Positions 48,475 to 64,000 of a stretch of DNA of 64,000 bases are shown in pieces. The position numbers and the translations under genes were made by a program. Each line of letters opens with the position of its first letter. The first letter of the stretch is position 1. The stretch is from Rhizodiscina lignyota (Eukaryota), in the NCBI GenBank assembly GCA_010015805.1, contig ML978131.1:248001-312000 (forward strand), in the 5' to 3' direction. The notes beneath the pieces were generated by a model that saw only the letters and a list, made by a program, of their open reading frames with translations, made no database searches and was not told the origin of the DNA.

Positions 48475-49679
48475 ATGCCGCGAAGGAAGTCAGTCGTAGC
48501 GGGGCTGAATATAAGCCCAAATTTTGGGGCTCCAGTGAACGTCGCAAAGGTGCGAGAACATGCACCCGACTTCTGCTGCGATGCCGTCATTAATGGCAGA
48601 TTCACGCGTAAGTCTGGCTGGAGTCCCCACTTCTCGAAGAAAGGAAGCTGACACATCTCAAGAACGGTCGCTCAACTACTATCTGTCTAGAGACCAATGG
48701 CTGATGATCTTGTTCATGCCGATGGCCTTCTCATTCGTCTGCCCAACGGAGGTTCTCGCGTTCGACAATGTCTTGGAGGAGTTCACCGAGCAGGAATGTA
48801 GCGTTGTCTTTGTGTCGACGGACTCGAAGTACAGTCTCCATTCCTGGCAGACTCGACCGAAGAGAGAAGGCGGGTTGGGAGAGATCAACGTGCCACTCCT
48901 GAGCGACCAAAACCACAAGATGAGCAAGGCATATGGGGTCTTGGTCGAAGATGAAGGCATCGCTCTTCGCGGTCGCTTCATAATTAATCCTTTGGGTATC
49001 ATAAAACATGTAAGTTACTATGCTCCACATACCATATTACCTTTCCATATGCCGTAATCCGGAACTTATGGTGGTGCAGATATCAATCAATGACGTCGCA
49101 GTCGGTAGAAGTGTTCTTGAATCCCTGCGACTTCTGCAAGCTTACAAGGCCGAATATGAAAATGGAGTATTCTGCGCCGCCAATTGGAAGCCCGGCGACA
49201 CGACTCTTGCGCCAACACAAGAGGCTGCACAGGAATACATTAACGAGCATTTTGGAGAGCTTAGCGTCAAAGATAGCATCCCCCCGGTGCCTCGGCTCCC
49301 AACACCAATAAGAGAGGAGTCTGCTAGTCACGCTGAGCGAGGGAAGCCGCCTCACAGTCCAATGAGCTCATCAAGGCACGACAATAACAATGACTCTGGG
49401 CCAGTGTCTCCGCGACACTTCGCCATGGACGCGATTCATAAGGTCTTCGGTAGCAATCACAAACCACCTACTCCCCCAGTACCATCGCACACGCCAGCAC
49501 CAATGGTCCAAGTGGAGGATATGAACGCTTTGAATGCGGCAAATCAGCGCCATACGAAGGAGCATGCGCAAGGCCAACACAAGAAGACTACGAGCACCGT
49601 AAGTGCGGGATCGGTGCAGAGTTACTTTGATTACGAGCCGTTCCCTCCCAGTCCGAAGCAGAAGGACGCAAGTGGGTGA
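48475..49679 (+). CDS. 2-Cys peroxiredoxin (AhpC/Prx1 type) with long disordered C-terminus
   Basis: AKVREHAPDFCCDAVINGRF, intron 48608..48662, PMAFSFVCPTE, STDS, GGLG, YGVL..EGIALRG, second intron, NDVAVGRSV.E.LRL, VFCAANWKPG. Confidence 0.88.
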
Positions 49680-50016
49680 CAAAAGAGTTGAGTCGTGGCT
49701 TCTGAAATATGTAGAGTCGCAAGTGTGCTTATCCTCATCAATTAATGTAGATTATACACACTGAAGTTGAGTGATTTGGATAAGTGCTGTCTGGTGTATA
49801 TTTAATCGAGTATTGAGAGATACACTCGCGAATTGAAAGTCGCTTGTCGACTGAGACATTGGTTGAGAATCGCTTCTTGTTCAATAATTCGTAGGCGATG
49901 CAATATGAAGCATCACGAGAATATGAAACTGTTGTTTGAGCATTGGTGGGATCTATTATTTAATTTTGAATATATTTGCTTTTTATTGTTCATATAATCA
50001 AACTAAAAACTTTTGA

Positions 50017-50160
50017 GTGCCTTGGTTAGCCCAATTCTTAGCTATTGCTAAAGATACTAACTTCGCCTCTACCATGAGAGATAAAGTAGTGCCTTGGTTG
50101 ACCCAATTCTTGGTTATTGCTAAAGATACTGAGTTCGCCACTGCTATGGGAGATAAAGTA
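50017..50160. repeat. Two 72-bp tandem units (plus a degenerate third start)
   Basis: 50017..50088 vs 50089..50160: 10 differences, 8 of them transitions. Confidence 0.9.
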
Positions 50161-51576
50161 GTGGCTGGTTGTCCTATTTCTTGTAAACAAGGAATCAATC
50201 TGCATAAGTATATGTTGCTCACAGTAACCAGCGTGAAAGGGCGAAGTAAACGGATATAGACGACAACCGACAAGCGCAGTTGCCTATGTTGTGGCAGTGG
50301 AAAGCAGAGGAATTGTCAGATACGAGATAAGCCCTAGATAAACACTCCTGTATATAAGCAATACAACCAACCTTTTCTCCCTCATCAGAGGGATCTATCT
50401 CTCTCAACAGGAATAGCGAGGGTAACGTTCGGCTGCGGTGAAGAGACACATTTTTCTGCCTCTTTGAACAGATGACTACCTTCCCTGAATTCTAGTCGCC
50501 TCCTACTCAGCAATTCCTTCGAGGAAGCTGATAGAAAAAAGGGCATTTATAGATGCGGCTAGTCAATTAGCTCCCCTTCGCTTCGACCTGAGCGGTAAGA
50601 GCGAGGAGCAATGTTGTCGACCAGTGGCTAATGCGACTTTTCCAATTCATCAATAACTGTGGTGGGTCGTTGGCTGGGTATTCTGTAAACGAAATCTTGT
50701 CAGTTCGTTCAACACTTTTTGTTGCCTTGCAGTCATATAATAAGTTACATAATTCGGAATCCAAATTGGTATCGGAAGTGAGAGCAGGGGTAGCACAGGG
50801 TCGCCGAATCCCGAGAGTCAATCTTCGGGTTCTTCAGTCTTCACCGGTGCCAGGAAAAAGCATTTGCGGATCCGTGCATCCTCGCCTTAATTTGGCTTAA
50901 TCCTCGCCAAGAAAGTGCCTTCATCTTTCCGCCAACCACTTGCCATCAAAAATATCGGGCGGTGCCGTCAAATTTCCCGCACGCAGGTCACCTCCTAAAA
51001 TTAGCCTCGTCCTTTTCGTTCCTACAAGGCTGTCTTGAGTTCTTAGAGTCTAGAAATGCGCCTTATGACATCCACCAGCCACGGTTGCTTCCCCTTCGAA
51101 GTCCACTGAGGTCTCCAACAAGCGCAACTTCCGCGTCGCGCGTGCATAGGATAGTGAAGTCGAAAGCAACGGCATGCCGTTCTTGTACCCACTCTGAATT
51201 CATTTCAACCTCCTGTCTCTCGCATGAATCGCATTCAAAGGGAAGATGCAAGTCTGGCCAAGAGGCGCTGGCTGTCTGTCGCTCAAGCCACGCAGCCACC
51301 ATCCTCCTAGCCCTTCTAACCCACCACTAAAGCTAGGTGACACCCGTATTTCACGCTCGCCAAGATCTCCATTTCCCTTTGAGGCTCAAACAGCAAGCTT
51401 CGGCCCAGGATCGCCGCTCCTCATGAATAATGGCGACGCAGTTATAACGAGTGATCCTTCTTGAGTGCATTTTCCAGCTGTTCAGTCCGACTCTTTCGCT
51501 CCTTTCAACGCTCTTTCCGCTGTATGTTTCTTCTAAACGAGGCCGTTTAGCTACTCTCTTATATTCGTTGAGCAAT

Positions 51577-52717
51577 ATGCGCGTCGAATACACTTCTGTT
51601 TTCCTTCTCTTTGGCAGCCTTGCGGCGGCGGGCCAATGGAAGAAGGTTAAGCACATTGATCAGTCCTACCTTCTCGTAAGAGATGGATACTGCCAGGGAA
51701 GTTGTGCATCATGTTTTGGTGCTGGAAACATTATCTGCCAGGGAATAATGTGCTATAATCCCTCAACTGGAGAGCAGTGCTGTGCGGATGGAAGTACGTT
51801 GCAAATTGAAGAGAACTATTCGTTATCTAGGGGCACTGGCTAACGGCGACTGAATAGCATACTGCGATGGTACCGATACCAGCTGCTGCGGTTCTATTGT
51901 AAGTTCTTCATGGCAATGTTGGCGGGTTCCGACTCTAATGGGTTGACAGGGTGCTGGAGAAGGCTACGACGACAGCGATGGCGGAGACTCATCAGGTTCT
52001 GGGAGCGCGACGGATACCGTAGCCACGCCTACCGCAACCGACGACTCTTTTGTCACATCAACGGACTCAAGTTCCTCGTCCAGCCCTAGCTATTGGAGCT
52101 GCGATTCGGATGATACACCCGAGCAGTGCTGCGCACATGCTGGCTCAGACAGTAAATGGTGTTACGGAGACGGCTTCCTCGCCGATATTACTTGCTATAG
52201 ACCAAGCAAGGGAGAAGAGTGCTGTGCCGACGGCTGTGAGTCCTCTGTTTCTTGCCCAAATATCCTGGTGCTGATTGATCCGCTAGATACCTGCGAGGGC
52301 AAGGGCTGCTGCTCAGATGCAGGCGAGACTGCAGTTACGCCTACGCCAACGTCGTTTACACCTCTCTCCACGGATGACTCTAACACCTTCACGGACTTCA
52401 CTGGCGACTTCAACACCGCAACAGATGGGTCGTTCAACTTAAGCGGACCTGCCACAGCAACGACGCGCTCACTTCTCAATGGCGGCGATGCTACGCCTAC
52501 TTCTTCGCCATCTAGTGGTGATTCTAGCAGTGGCTCTGATGGCAGCAGTGGAAGTGACAGCAGCAGTGGCAGTGGCAGTGGCAGTGGCAGTGGTGACTCG
52601 GGAAATGCACAGTCAAGCTCGCCTCTCGCTGGAGTTGCTGGGGCCAGTGAGGGAAGCAATGTAAAGCCATTCGCAGCAGCAGCTATTTGTTTGCTTGGCC
52701 TCATTATGCTTCTGTAA
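51577..52717 (+). CDS. Cys-rich, Ser/Gly/Thr-rich, probably GPI-anchored cell-surface protein
   Basis: Signal MRVEYTSVFLLFGSLAAA, two CY.PS.GE.CCADG modules, three introns, S/G stalk, hydrophobic C-terminus AAAAICLLGLIMLL. Confidence 0.82.
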
Positions 52718-53028
52718 ATGGGCAGCACTGGAATGAATGGCTGGCGTTCAACTCTTGGTGTGGGCATTTATGAAGGGTGGCGAAAATGCTTGGATATTCG
52801 AGTGTCGGGCTCGTCACTTGATTGAATCTTACTTATCTCTATATACCCGCCTGCTATTCAATCGTCATTACCTAGAGATCGTAATATACAATAAGCCATG
52901 GCTTATGCAACGTAGTAGTTGATGTTGAATCTGTACCAAATAATGATAGCTTGTCTTTTGCATTACTCACCAGCATGGTCATTGCCGGTTTCATTTCTAC
53001 ACAACCTTCTCACACAAACCCCTTCGAC

Positions 53029-54231
53029 ATGCCTCAGCCGTCAGTAAGAGTTTCCGTATACTCTCTCCGGCAATGATCTTAACTCTAAAATATATTACAG
53101 ACTCCCTCGCCTTATCGATTCGCGAAGAAACGTGATGTGGCCGAATCCGCCACCTCAAAACGTTTCGTGCCATCAAAACTGCGTAATGATGTAGCCATAT
53201 CGACACCTCAACATTCGAACGAGACGCGTCAATTCGCACACGCTCCGAGATTCTCATCAAAGCCAACTCAGAATAACGCAGCTCGGCAAGTTTCACCCAC
53301 ACCGGACGCGTTTGACGCGCAAGATGTGAAAGCCGGACTCCGCACCTCTCTGAGGCGCGTCGAGAGCATCCATGACGCGTCACAGGAGTCAGAGCAAGCG
53401 GAGAAAGACATTTTCGAAGCAGATCAAGGGGATGACGATGATCTAAATCCAGTCGATTCTACGAATAGGCATAACGAGCATTTCGGAGAATCTACATCTG
53501 CTCTCGAAAACTACGAGCACGAGGATGATATCACATCTCCCTCCAAACGCCGGCGACTCTCACCTGTAGCAAGTGCATCGACTCATAGTCACGCGCCCGC
53601 AACGGTACTTCAAACTCCCCGCCGCTTCCTATCCACTGCGTCCACTAGTCAGCAACCTCCGGTTCAACAGGTGATCGGTTCGAATCCATCTTCCACCACA
53701 CTAGCACCGTCACATCAACGGCCACCTTTCCTTCGTCCGCCACCTCCTCCTACGCAGCCTGAAGTATCCGAGCCACTCCCCGACGCCTTCTCACCGCGTA
53801 GGCGGGGAAACAAATTTGTCCCAGGTGGCATGGCAGAGACTATGCGGGGCTGGATCATGGACACTGCGCAGGTCTTGCGGCGGAACAACGAAGTGGATCG
53901 GTGGGGACCGAGACATGATGCCGGAGGCAATGGGAACGCGGTTCAGGACGACGGCACTGAGAGATTCAGAATTGCTGAGAGAAATGAGGTTGCTGGACCG
54001 AAGGCTGGAGTAGCTCTCCTTCGAGGCGTCTCTCTCGACCGTGAAATCAACAGAACTGAGGAACTAGGCGAGGCGGATCCCCCCTGCAGGACGATCATGC
54101 TTGTGGAGTCTGCAGGGAAGGAATATTCCGATATACGAAGCGGGGATGTAGTGAGCATTCTGCCGCCGCACTGGGAGATCTCTGTGGATGGGGAACCATG
54201 CAGAGTAGCCATTGAATGGCAAAAAGACTGA
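53029..54231 (+). CDS. Fungal hypothetical protein
   Basis: MPQPS, GTAAGA..CAG intron (53044..53100), in frame with ORF 53137. Conserved-looking PLPDAFSPRRRGNKFVPGGMAETMRGW and C-terminal GDVVSI.PP.WEI..W. Confidence 0.75.
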
Positions 54232-55180
54232 AGATGCAGGAAGGACCACTAGACTAACGAAGACTGTTCGTTTGCTGATCTACAGACATCCCATTTCGTA
54301 ACCTGCTACGCTTTTGGGACCGATTCCAATGGTTGCATTCATTACACCCCAGACTTCGCAAGATCATATGCAGAAGTTTGAGGATCATTCATTGTGGTGG
54401 GCGCTCTATCCGAATAGACCCCGTCAACTCTTTCTAATTGTGGCCTTATGTCTTGCTCCTTTTGGCTAAAATCGATTCTGCCTGCATCAGTCCAGAAGCT
54501 GCTGCAATTGAGGATAGATGATCTTGAGCAGGTGACATATGGTCGCCGATAGTGAGTGGAGAAGGTCAGGGTGATCCACATCAATTGCATATTTCACCGA
54601 CATCTGTGGTTGATGAACCTTTTAAGACATGCATATGCTGTGGCTTCTCAAGAAGCCAAAAAGATGCATTTCAATCCAATCAGGGCCTCTCGATGGATGA
54701 GCAACTGATTAGACATCCAATTGAAAATATAAATGACACAGCCGCCAATAACCGCTCTTGGAAGCTGTGGGCCGGCTCGCCGAACAAGTCCGAGATTTTT
54801 CACGACCTCGCCTGTTGTCCGACGACCTCGCCAAAGCAAAAATCTCGATTCCACGCCATACTCAGTGTCCGAAGATGCATTAGACACAGACAAGCGTCAT
54901 ATTGTGCACATGAGGCATGTACCATTTTAAAGCCATCTTCACAAGGGTTCTTGTACCTGCGTCCAATGGGACGGTCCGTACGTGGTGCTATGCAGCACTG
55001 GTTTCTCTCAACAAATCACCCAAACGTCTAGCAATTTTTCTCCACACCTTTCACGGTTGATCGGCATCACCCGAAATCGGATTCTAGATCAAAATTATGT
55101 CTTGGACTTTTCTGTCAAACATTTTAAGTTTCTCCACTATCTTTCCGTCGTCTATTTTTCCATATCGATTGATCCAAACC

Positions 55181-57009
55181 ATGGAACCGTTGGAGGAGAC
55201 TCGTGCTCCTGGGCCGGATGACTCGAAGCCCCATGATGTGCTCCAAGACCTGGAGATTGGTCAAGAGACCCGAGTCGACGTCGATATGGCGAGAATAGAG
55301 AAGGTGTACAAGTGTGGGCCCCAACTCTTTACATTACTACACACCTCCAGTTGGCTAATTGCGATTGCAGAAAGCTGGACTACCGAATCATTCCAGGTAA
55401 CAAATTCACAAAGGAACAATCAACTTCCATCAAACTAACCTCCGCTCTCGCGTCCAGCTTTTTGGGTCTTGTACTTCCTCTGCTCCGCAATTCGCTCCAA
55501 CATCGGTATTGCGCAGACGATGAATGAAGCACAGCACCACGACTTGGTCACTGTCTTGCATTTAACGCCACATCAAGTCTCAACTGGTCTAGCACTATTC
55601 TACGTTTGCTATGTGACCTTCGACTTTCCATCAAACTTGATTATGTCGAAGCTTAGTCCACATGTCTGGATGAGTAGGATCGTTATCGGAGTAGGCCTCA
55701 TTGGATCTTGTATGGCCGCTATGAAAGCAGCTTGGAGTCTCTAGTACGGTTCCCATGCCAGTAGTCCAGTGTCCTTGCTAATGCGCTCCAACAGCCTCCT
55801 GCGACTGCTTCTGGGGATCGTGATTGCAGGCATGTGGCCAGGCATGTCATACTATCTGACGCTTTTCTATCCTCCCTCAAGAACGGGGAAGCGTATCGGA
55901 CAATATTTCACAGCCGCTCAAGTTTCGGCCGCAGTTGTCGGCCTAGTGTCCGCCGGTTTCCAGAAAATGGATGGTCTTGCCGGTCTGGTAGGCTTCCAGT
56001 GGATGTTCTTGCTGTATGGACTCGTCACCATCGTTGTGGGGTTTGCCCTTCTCTGGTGGCTGCCTGATCGGCCCCTACCTCCAGGCGAAACTCGAAATCA
56101 CAGTGGGTGGAGGAGGTTCATACCGGCAAGCGCACCAGCACTTACTGGCGAGGATGCACGTATTCACTACGAAGATCTAACGCGCGTATATCATCGCCAC
56201 GCTTGGAACTTGAAGGATTTGTTGGACGTCCTTATTGATTGGCGCATCTGGCCGCTGGTACTCATGTACTTTGGAGTTGTTGGCGTAGGCATCGGCGTTC
56301 AACTCTACGGCACAGTCATTATCCAGTCCATCAACCCATCTCTCACTTCTATCCAACTAAGTCTACTATTTGCACCAATATGGATTGTAAGTTGCATACA
56401 GCCACATCAGCCGTCTACAATTCATGACTGACATGAGCCCAGATGGACCTGTTGGCCATTCTTCTGGTAACGCCTATTTCCGATCGCTTCCACCAGCACC
56501 GCGCGCTTTTCTTCAGTATACCAGTTTGCCTACAGATCACAGGATTGTTGATCACCACCTTCGCGGGCAGCACGAACTCCTGGTCTCGTTATGGTGGTCT
56601 CTTGATTGTCGGTTTCGGTCTTGGGCCAACCGTGCCGATTACAATGACCTGGACGAACGAGATCTTCCAGCCGCGACACGGCGAGGTCGGTGTAGCTGCC
56701 GCGAGCGCTTTAGTTAGCGGGCTTGGAAATTTGGGCAGTATCGTGAGCACTTATGCACTGTACGAGGGTTGGCCGGCAGATGGAGAGGGGAAGCATCCGT
56801 TTCAGAACAGCAACCTGGTCATGATTGGAATGTTGGCTGTCAGCATCGCCAGCGCTATCGTCAACACAATGCTTTTGAGGGTCTTCCGTGGCAGCGCAAA
56901 GAAAGCGAGCGGCACGAGTTCTGTGAGCGAAGGAGAAGTCATCCTGGACAGGGCAGCTAGAAGGGAGCTACAGGAGAGGGGATTGGGAAGACTATGGATC
57001 AGAAAGTAG
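55181..57009 (+). CDS. MFS transporter, anion:cation symporter (Dal5/Tna1 allantoate-permease-like)
   Basis: KLDYRIIP, RSNIG.A, FYVCYVTFDFPSNL, WMSRI, LRLLLG, YYLTLFYP, GFQWMFLLYG, LPDRP; four introns. Confidence 0.9.
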
Positions 57010-57797
57010 ACTGTCGCTAAAAGGGTTAAGTGAATTGATATACCCAAGGTACTGGAATGTATGGGAGGGTCGTACAAAAGCGGGAATTTTTGTCGTGCAA
57101 CGCGTTAGACGTTGGACGAATAGACGCGAATGCCCTAAGCATGTGAAAATGTAGATAGACAAAGAAACCTCATTAACATGCGCACATATTGAGATTCTTG
57201 GGCGCACAGGCACTGCAGCTGTGGTTTCGAGTTGTGGGGGGCCTCCAAGAGAGGCGTCGTTTTGGGAAAGGCACGGTTTTGCCCCACGAACGATGCTGCC
57301 CGCCACTGTCGAACGACCAGCTCCACCGTCATCGCAATCTCTAAATTTAGCCCGGTCTTTGAGGTTTGCACAACAACGACCCCATCTCCATTTCCTTTCC
57401 ACTGCTGCCAGCGGCTCTGTTGTGCCAGGACGTACGACTTACCTACCGATTGCGCTCTCTGGCTACTGCCTCACCTAGAAGCAGCCGGGCGCTTCTCAAC
57501 ATAACTGCCCGCCGCACGGGATGCGCGCTTCGACCACCATCGTGCTTTTCTGGTGAAGCAAGTCGGTGGTGGGGCACAAGCGTCGCTTTTCTTCTGCTTC
57601 ACACGCATTGGTCAAGCTGTGGGCGCTTCTTTTCGGACATCTGCATCAACTCTGCAGCGCCCAACAGTCGACTACAGCGGCAACCTCCAACTCCACACAC
57701 CTTCCATTCACTCCAACCTCTCTACGAGATAAACCCGCTCCACAAGCTCTATACGTTCAACGACAACTGATCTCGACTCTACTCACATACCTTCACC

Positions 57798-60607
<2,810 letters not shown>

Positions 60608-61126
60608 ACCAAGCTAAACGTTTGGATCAATAGGCAAGCGATGAGCATCGCGGATAGGACTAAGGGAGGAACGAGATTGTGTGTAATGGACGACCGGACG
60701 TATATACCATAATGAGAGGACGCCTTGGATAGGGATGGGGAATGGTTATCATGGATTATTAGGTGTTCTCATTATGCAAGCGGAGGGAATGGAGGGTTCT
60801 GAGAGTTGTAGGTAGTGGTAGCCCGGGCGTATATACCACCAACGAACATGAATCAAGGATATGAACAATGCCAGTAATTCTAAGTTTGATCAGATTAATA
60901 TTAACGAAGCTCTCAATTTCCAACAACGCCAGTAAATCCAAATCGAAAACGTATCCATGTTGATGGGCCATGAGCATGGGTCCCCTTCGGACAGTCTTGA
61001 TCCGCTACGCATATGTATGATCGACACCTCCTCTCCTTATAACCATTTATCATCAACTTACAGCTATAAATGCAGGTAGTGCCTTTAGCTCTTCGCAAGT
61101 ACTTTGCATAGAATTGAATTTCAAGA

Positions 61127-61881
61127 ATGGCAGCCTCACGAAAACTTGCTCCAGAGCTGCTCGAGAAGCTTTCGAAGTTTGCATCCTGCGACGTACGGGA
61201 CTCCCCCTTTTGCATCCTGGTGACTACCTTCATTGACTGCCTCTCCCACAGATCGGCGATGCTCTGGTTAAAATGAAAGTTCCGCACGGCGGCTATCTCT
61301 CTGGGCTGCGGGCCTTTTCTCCATCGTACCTGTCTGGCCAATTCAAGATGTGCGGGCCCGCCCACACGATAAAGATGGTCGGGGCGGACGACAAGGCCGC
61401 CCCGTCGCCCAAGGTGCATTTCGCAGACAGCATTACCAAGAACAGCGTGGTATTCGTGTCGCAGCCCAAGGGCCTTATCAGCGCCTGCTGGGGCGGGCTC
61501 ATGAGCACCCGGGCGAAGAAGCTCGGCGCCGCGGGCGTCATCATCGACGGCAGGTTTCGCGATATAAACGAGCATCGGGAGCTGGGGATGAACCTTTTCG
61601 CGCGCGACATGAGCATTCTGGGCTCGAATTCGTTTACGAGGGCGTCGGAGATTGATGTTCCGATTTCGTACGCCATCAGTGAGATTGAGGGTGCGGAGGT
61701 CAAGATCACGCCGGGCGACATCATTCTTGGGGATGTTGATGGCGTCGTTGCGGTGCCGGTCGAGGCTGTGGAGGAGTGCATCAAGCTGTGTCAGGAGAGG
61801 TATGATATTGATGAGGAGACGAGGACGTGTCTTGAAAATGGAGATGAGCTGGGACCTACGATCAAACGGCTTCGGAAGTGA
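61127..61881 (+). CDS. RraA-like / HMG-CHA aldolase family protein
   Basis: FASCD, intron 61193..61251, IGDAL; GPAHT, ACWGGLMSTRA..GAAGVIIDGRFRDI.E, PGDIILGDVDGVVAVP. Confidence 0.9.
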
Positions 61882-62278
61882 TCTGTAAGTTATTTCATTT
61901 TGCTCGGAAACCTCATTAGAATTTCAAGAATCTCGAGGGCATAGGAATGGCTAAGTTCGATACAAGTTTTGCCCTTCGGCCCAAGTGAGAGCGTCTCCGA
62001 AGGCTCGATTGTATATGCTTTGGAGAGTATGCATTAATACTTCACAGTTTCGTTGCATGAAGTCTGTAATAGCTCAAGACGATATGTATCCTAGTATTTC
62101 AGTGTGCCGTACTTATGGTTTCATTGTTTTGCTGGCCATATAGGTATTGCACGTCTACTAACACAAGACGACTCCGCGGAACAAAGAATGGCGAAACGAG
62201 ATGATGCCCTTTGACACAAGAATTCAAGATGCAAGAGGGCATCAAGAATGCATTTCTCAACCCTCTTGCACGTGGAAC

Positions 62279-63676
62279 ATGCATTCCTTTCGCTTCCACT
62301 TGCTTGTGCTCTTCTCTACAGTCGTTTTCGCTTTCATACTCTTGAATCTCAAGCTCCTTTTCTCCTCAGCAACACCCAGCGCTTTTCAGACCGCATGGAT
62401 TCCGATCCTTCTTCGCGTCGAACGGCCTGCATCAGCGCTCGACGTGGACTGCACGGAGCTTGCGGGTGCAGACCGTATCGTGGTGACGATCAAGACGGGC
62501 GCGACAGAAGCGAATATGAAGATTCCGGCACAGCTGCGGACGTCGTTGCGCTGTGCTCCAAACATCCACATCTTCTCGGATATGGAGCAGACGATTGAGG
62601 GTCACCAAGTTCACGATGTGATAAAGGATATACCGGCGGAGGTCATAAATGGCAGTGCGCGTGCAGACTTTGATCTGTATCGTAAGCAGCAAGAGCTCAA
62701 AGATCCAGACAAGATCATCGAGAGGTTGAGGGATGTGAGGCATGCAGAACACGACGAAGTTGCCGCCTGGACGTTGGATAAGTACAAGAACATCCATATC
62801 CTTGAAGATTCCTGGGCGATGCAACCTGACCGAGATTGGTACCTCCACATCGACGCAGATACCTACGTTGTTTGGCCGACGCTGCTTGAGTGGACTCGAA
62901 GACTTGATCCCTCTAAGGTGCTGTATCTTGGATCACTGAGTCTTGTAAACGAAAATGAATTCGCGCACGGCGGGAGTGGAATACTGATGTCCCGAGCAGC
63001 AATGCACAAAGTTGTTGTTGAGCACAATGGAACGGCTGCGAGGTGGGACTCGAGGCTTCAGCACGAATGTTGTGGGGACTTTGGACTCGCCATGGCAATA
63101 AGAGAGTTTGGAATTAATGTCACTGAGGTATCGCCCACGATCCAAGGGGACTCCCCGAGACAGATACCTTTCGCTCCAGATCACTGGTGTAAGCCTTTGG
63201 CAACGCTGCATCACATCACCTCCTATGGATTCGAAGAATTACGTAAATTCGAGCACCAACGTTCAAACCGAAGCGTAAGTGAATAAAGACGGATCACGTT
63301 TGAGTTGTTGATATTACTGCAGGAGCCACTTACGTTCGCCGAGCTCTATCACGGTCTTATGGCGGATGAGATTTTTAAGCTCGACGAGCGCAACGATTGG
63401 GACAACCTGTCGGAAGGCAATCCTGTCCCGGATGTGCACACCTCCGAGGACTGTCGGAAGGCTTGCCAAGCAAACGAAGAATGTTTCCAGTCACTATATG
63501 ACGGCACAAAATGCAGGCTGGAGACATGGAAGTTTCGAGTTGGCGTGTCACGGAATGCCACAGACAGCAACAGATGGCAAAGCTCGTGGAACAGCAGCAG
63601 AATATCCAACTGGGTTTCGAGGCAAAAGCCGTGTGAAGGATTGATCTTCCCACTCCAGAGCAACACGATCTCTTAG
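62279..63676 (+). CDS. Glycosyltransferase family 31 (Fringe/core-1-like) with C-terminal PAN-like Cys motif
   Basis: Type II anchor, KTGATE, IFSD, WTLDKYK, WYLHIDADTY, YLGS, FAHGGSG, CCGD, WC.P..TLHH. Intron 63275..63322. CRKAC..C.Q..C. Confidence 0.9.
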
Positions 63677-64000
63677 GCAGCTCCATGGACGGCATGATCG
63701 GTGGCGCTAGACGCACGATTAGCGCTGCAGAAAGCAAATGCTGTACTCCTCATTTGGATCGTGCTCATTCGACCCTTCGGCTCGCTGCAGGTGATATGGG
63801 TTTTGATTGGATGGAAGCCAACTCTTAAGTATGGGATGCTGCTTCAAGCTAAGGGGATACCTGCGCCGTAGATTGGGATCGTCAAATGGGGAAGTTGAAG
63901 GGCCTCTTCAGCTCACCTCTAAGATGAACGAGGAAGCGGCAAGTTCTCTGCGGAGAAAGAAAGGGGATGTATCTACAGGCCTTCCGCGATAGGTTCAGTC

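Noticed and set aside
50017..50160. CRISPR-like array
   Set aside because: Eukaryotic context, contiguous units with no spacers, no cas genes.
53677..53687. GGTTCGAATCC tRNA T-loop-like motif
   Set aside because: Inside a CDS, with no cloverleaf or A box around it.

Overview
Gene-dense, intron-containing euchromatic DNA from a filamentous ascomycete (Pezizomycotina; short GT-AG introns with CTAAC/CTGAC branch sites). About 30 protein-coding genes can be supported. Housekeeping genes: SAR1, NOP58, SNF1, a DET1-like phosphatase, an Rpc17/Rpb4-family protein and a 2-Cys peroxiredoxin. Three glycosyltransferases (GT34, GT90, GT31). Scattered metabolic/tailoring enzymes: enoyl-reductase-like MDR, P450, DUF1772, FAD monooxygenase, ICL/PEP-mutase-family lyase, RraA-like aldolase. 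Also an MFS permease, a VIT-vWA protein and several secreted or membrane proteins. There is no PKS/NRPS core, tRNA, rRNA, CRISPR array or intact transposon. I found no clearly new multi-gene system. The best oddities are a 2-nt micro-exon needed to keep SAR1 in frame, an intron-split small Cys-rich secreted protein, a RIP-like relic flanked by 14-bp direct repeats, a frameshifted BTB gene, a tandem paralogue pair, C-terminally extended Rpc17-like and peroxiredoxin proteins, and a weak C/D snoRNA-like element after NOP58. All family calls come from motif recognition; no database searches were run.
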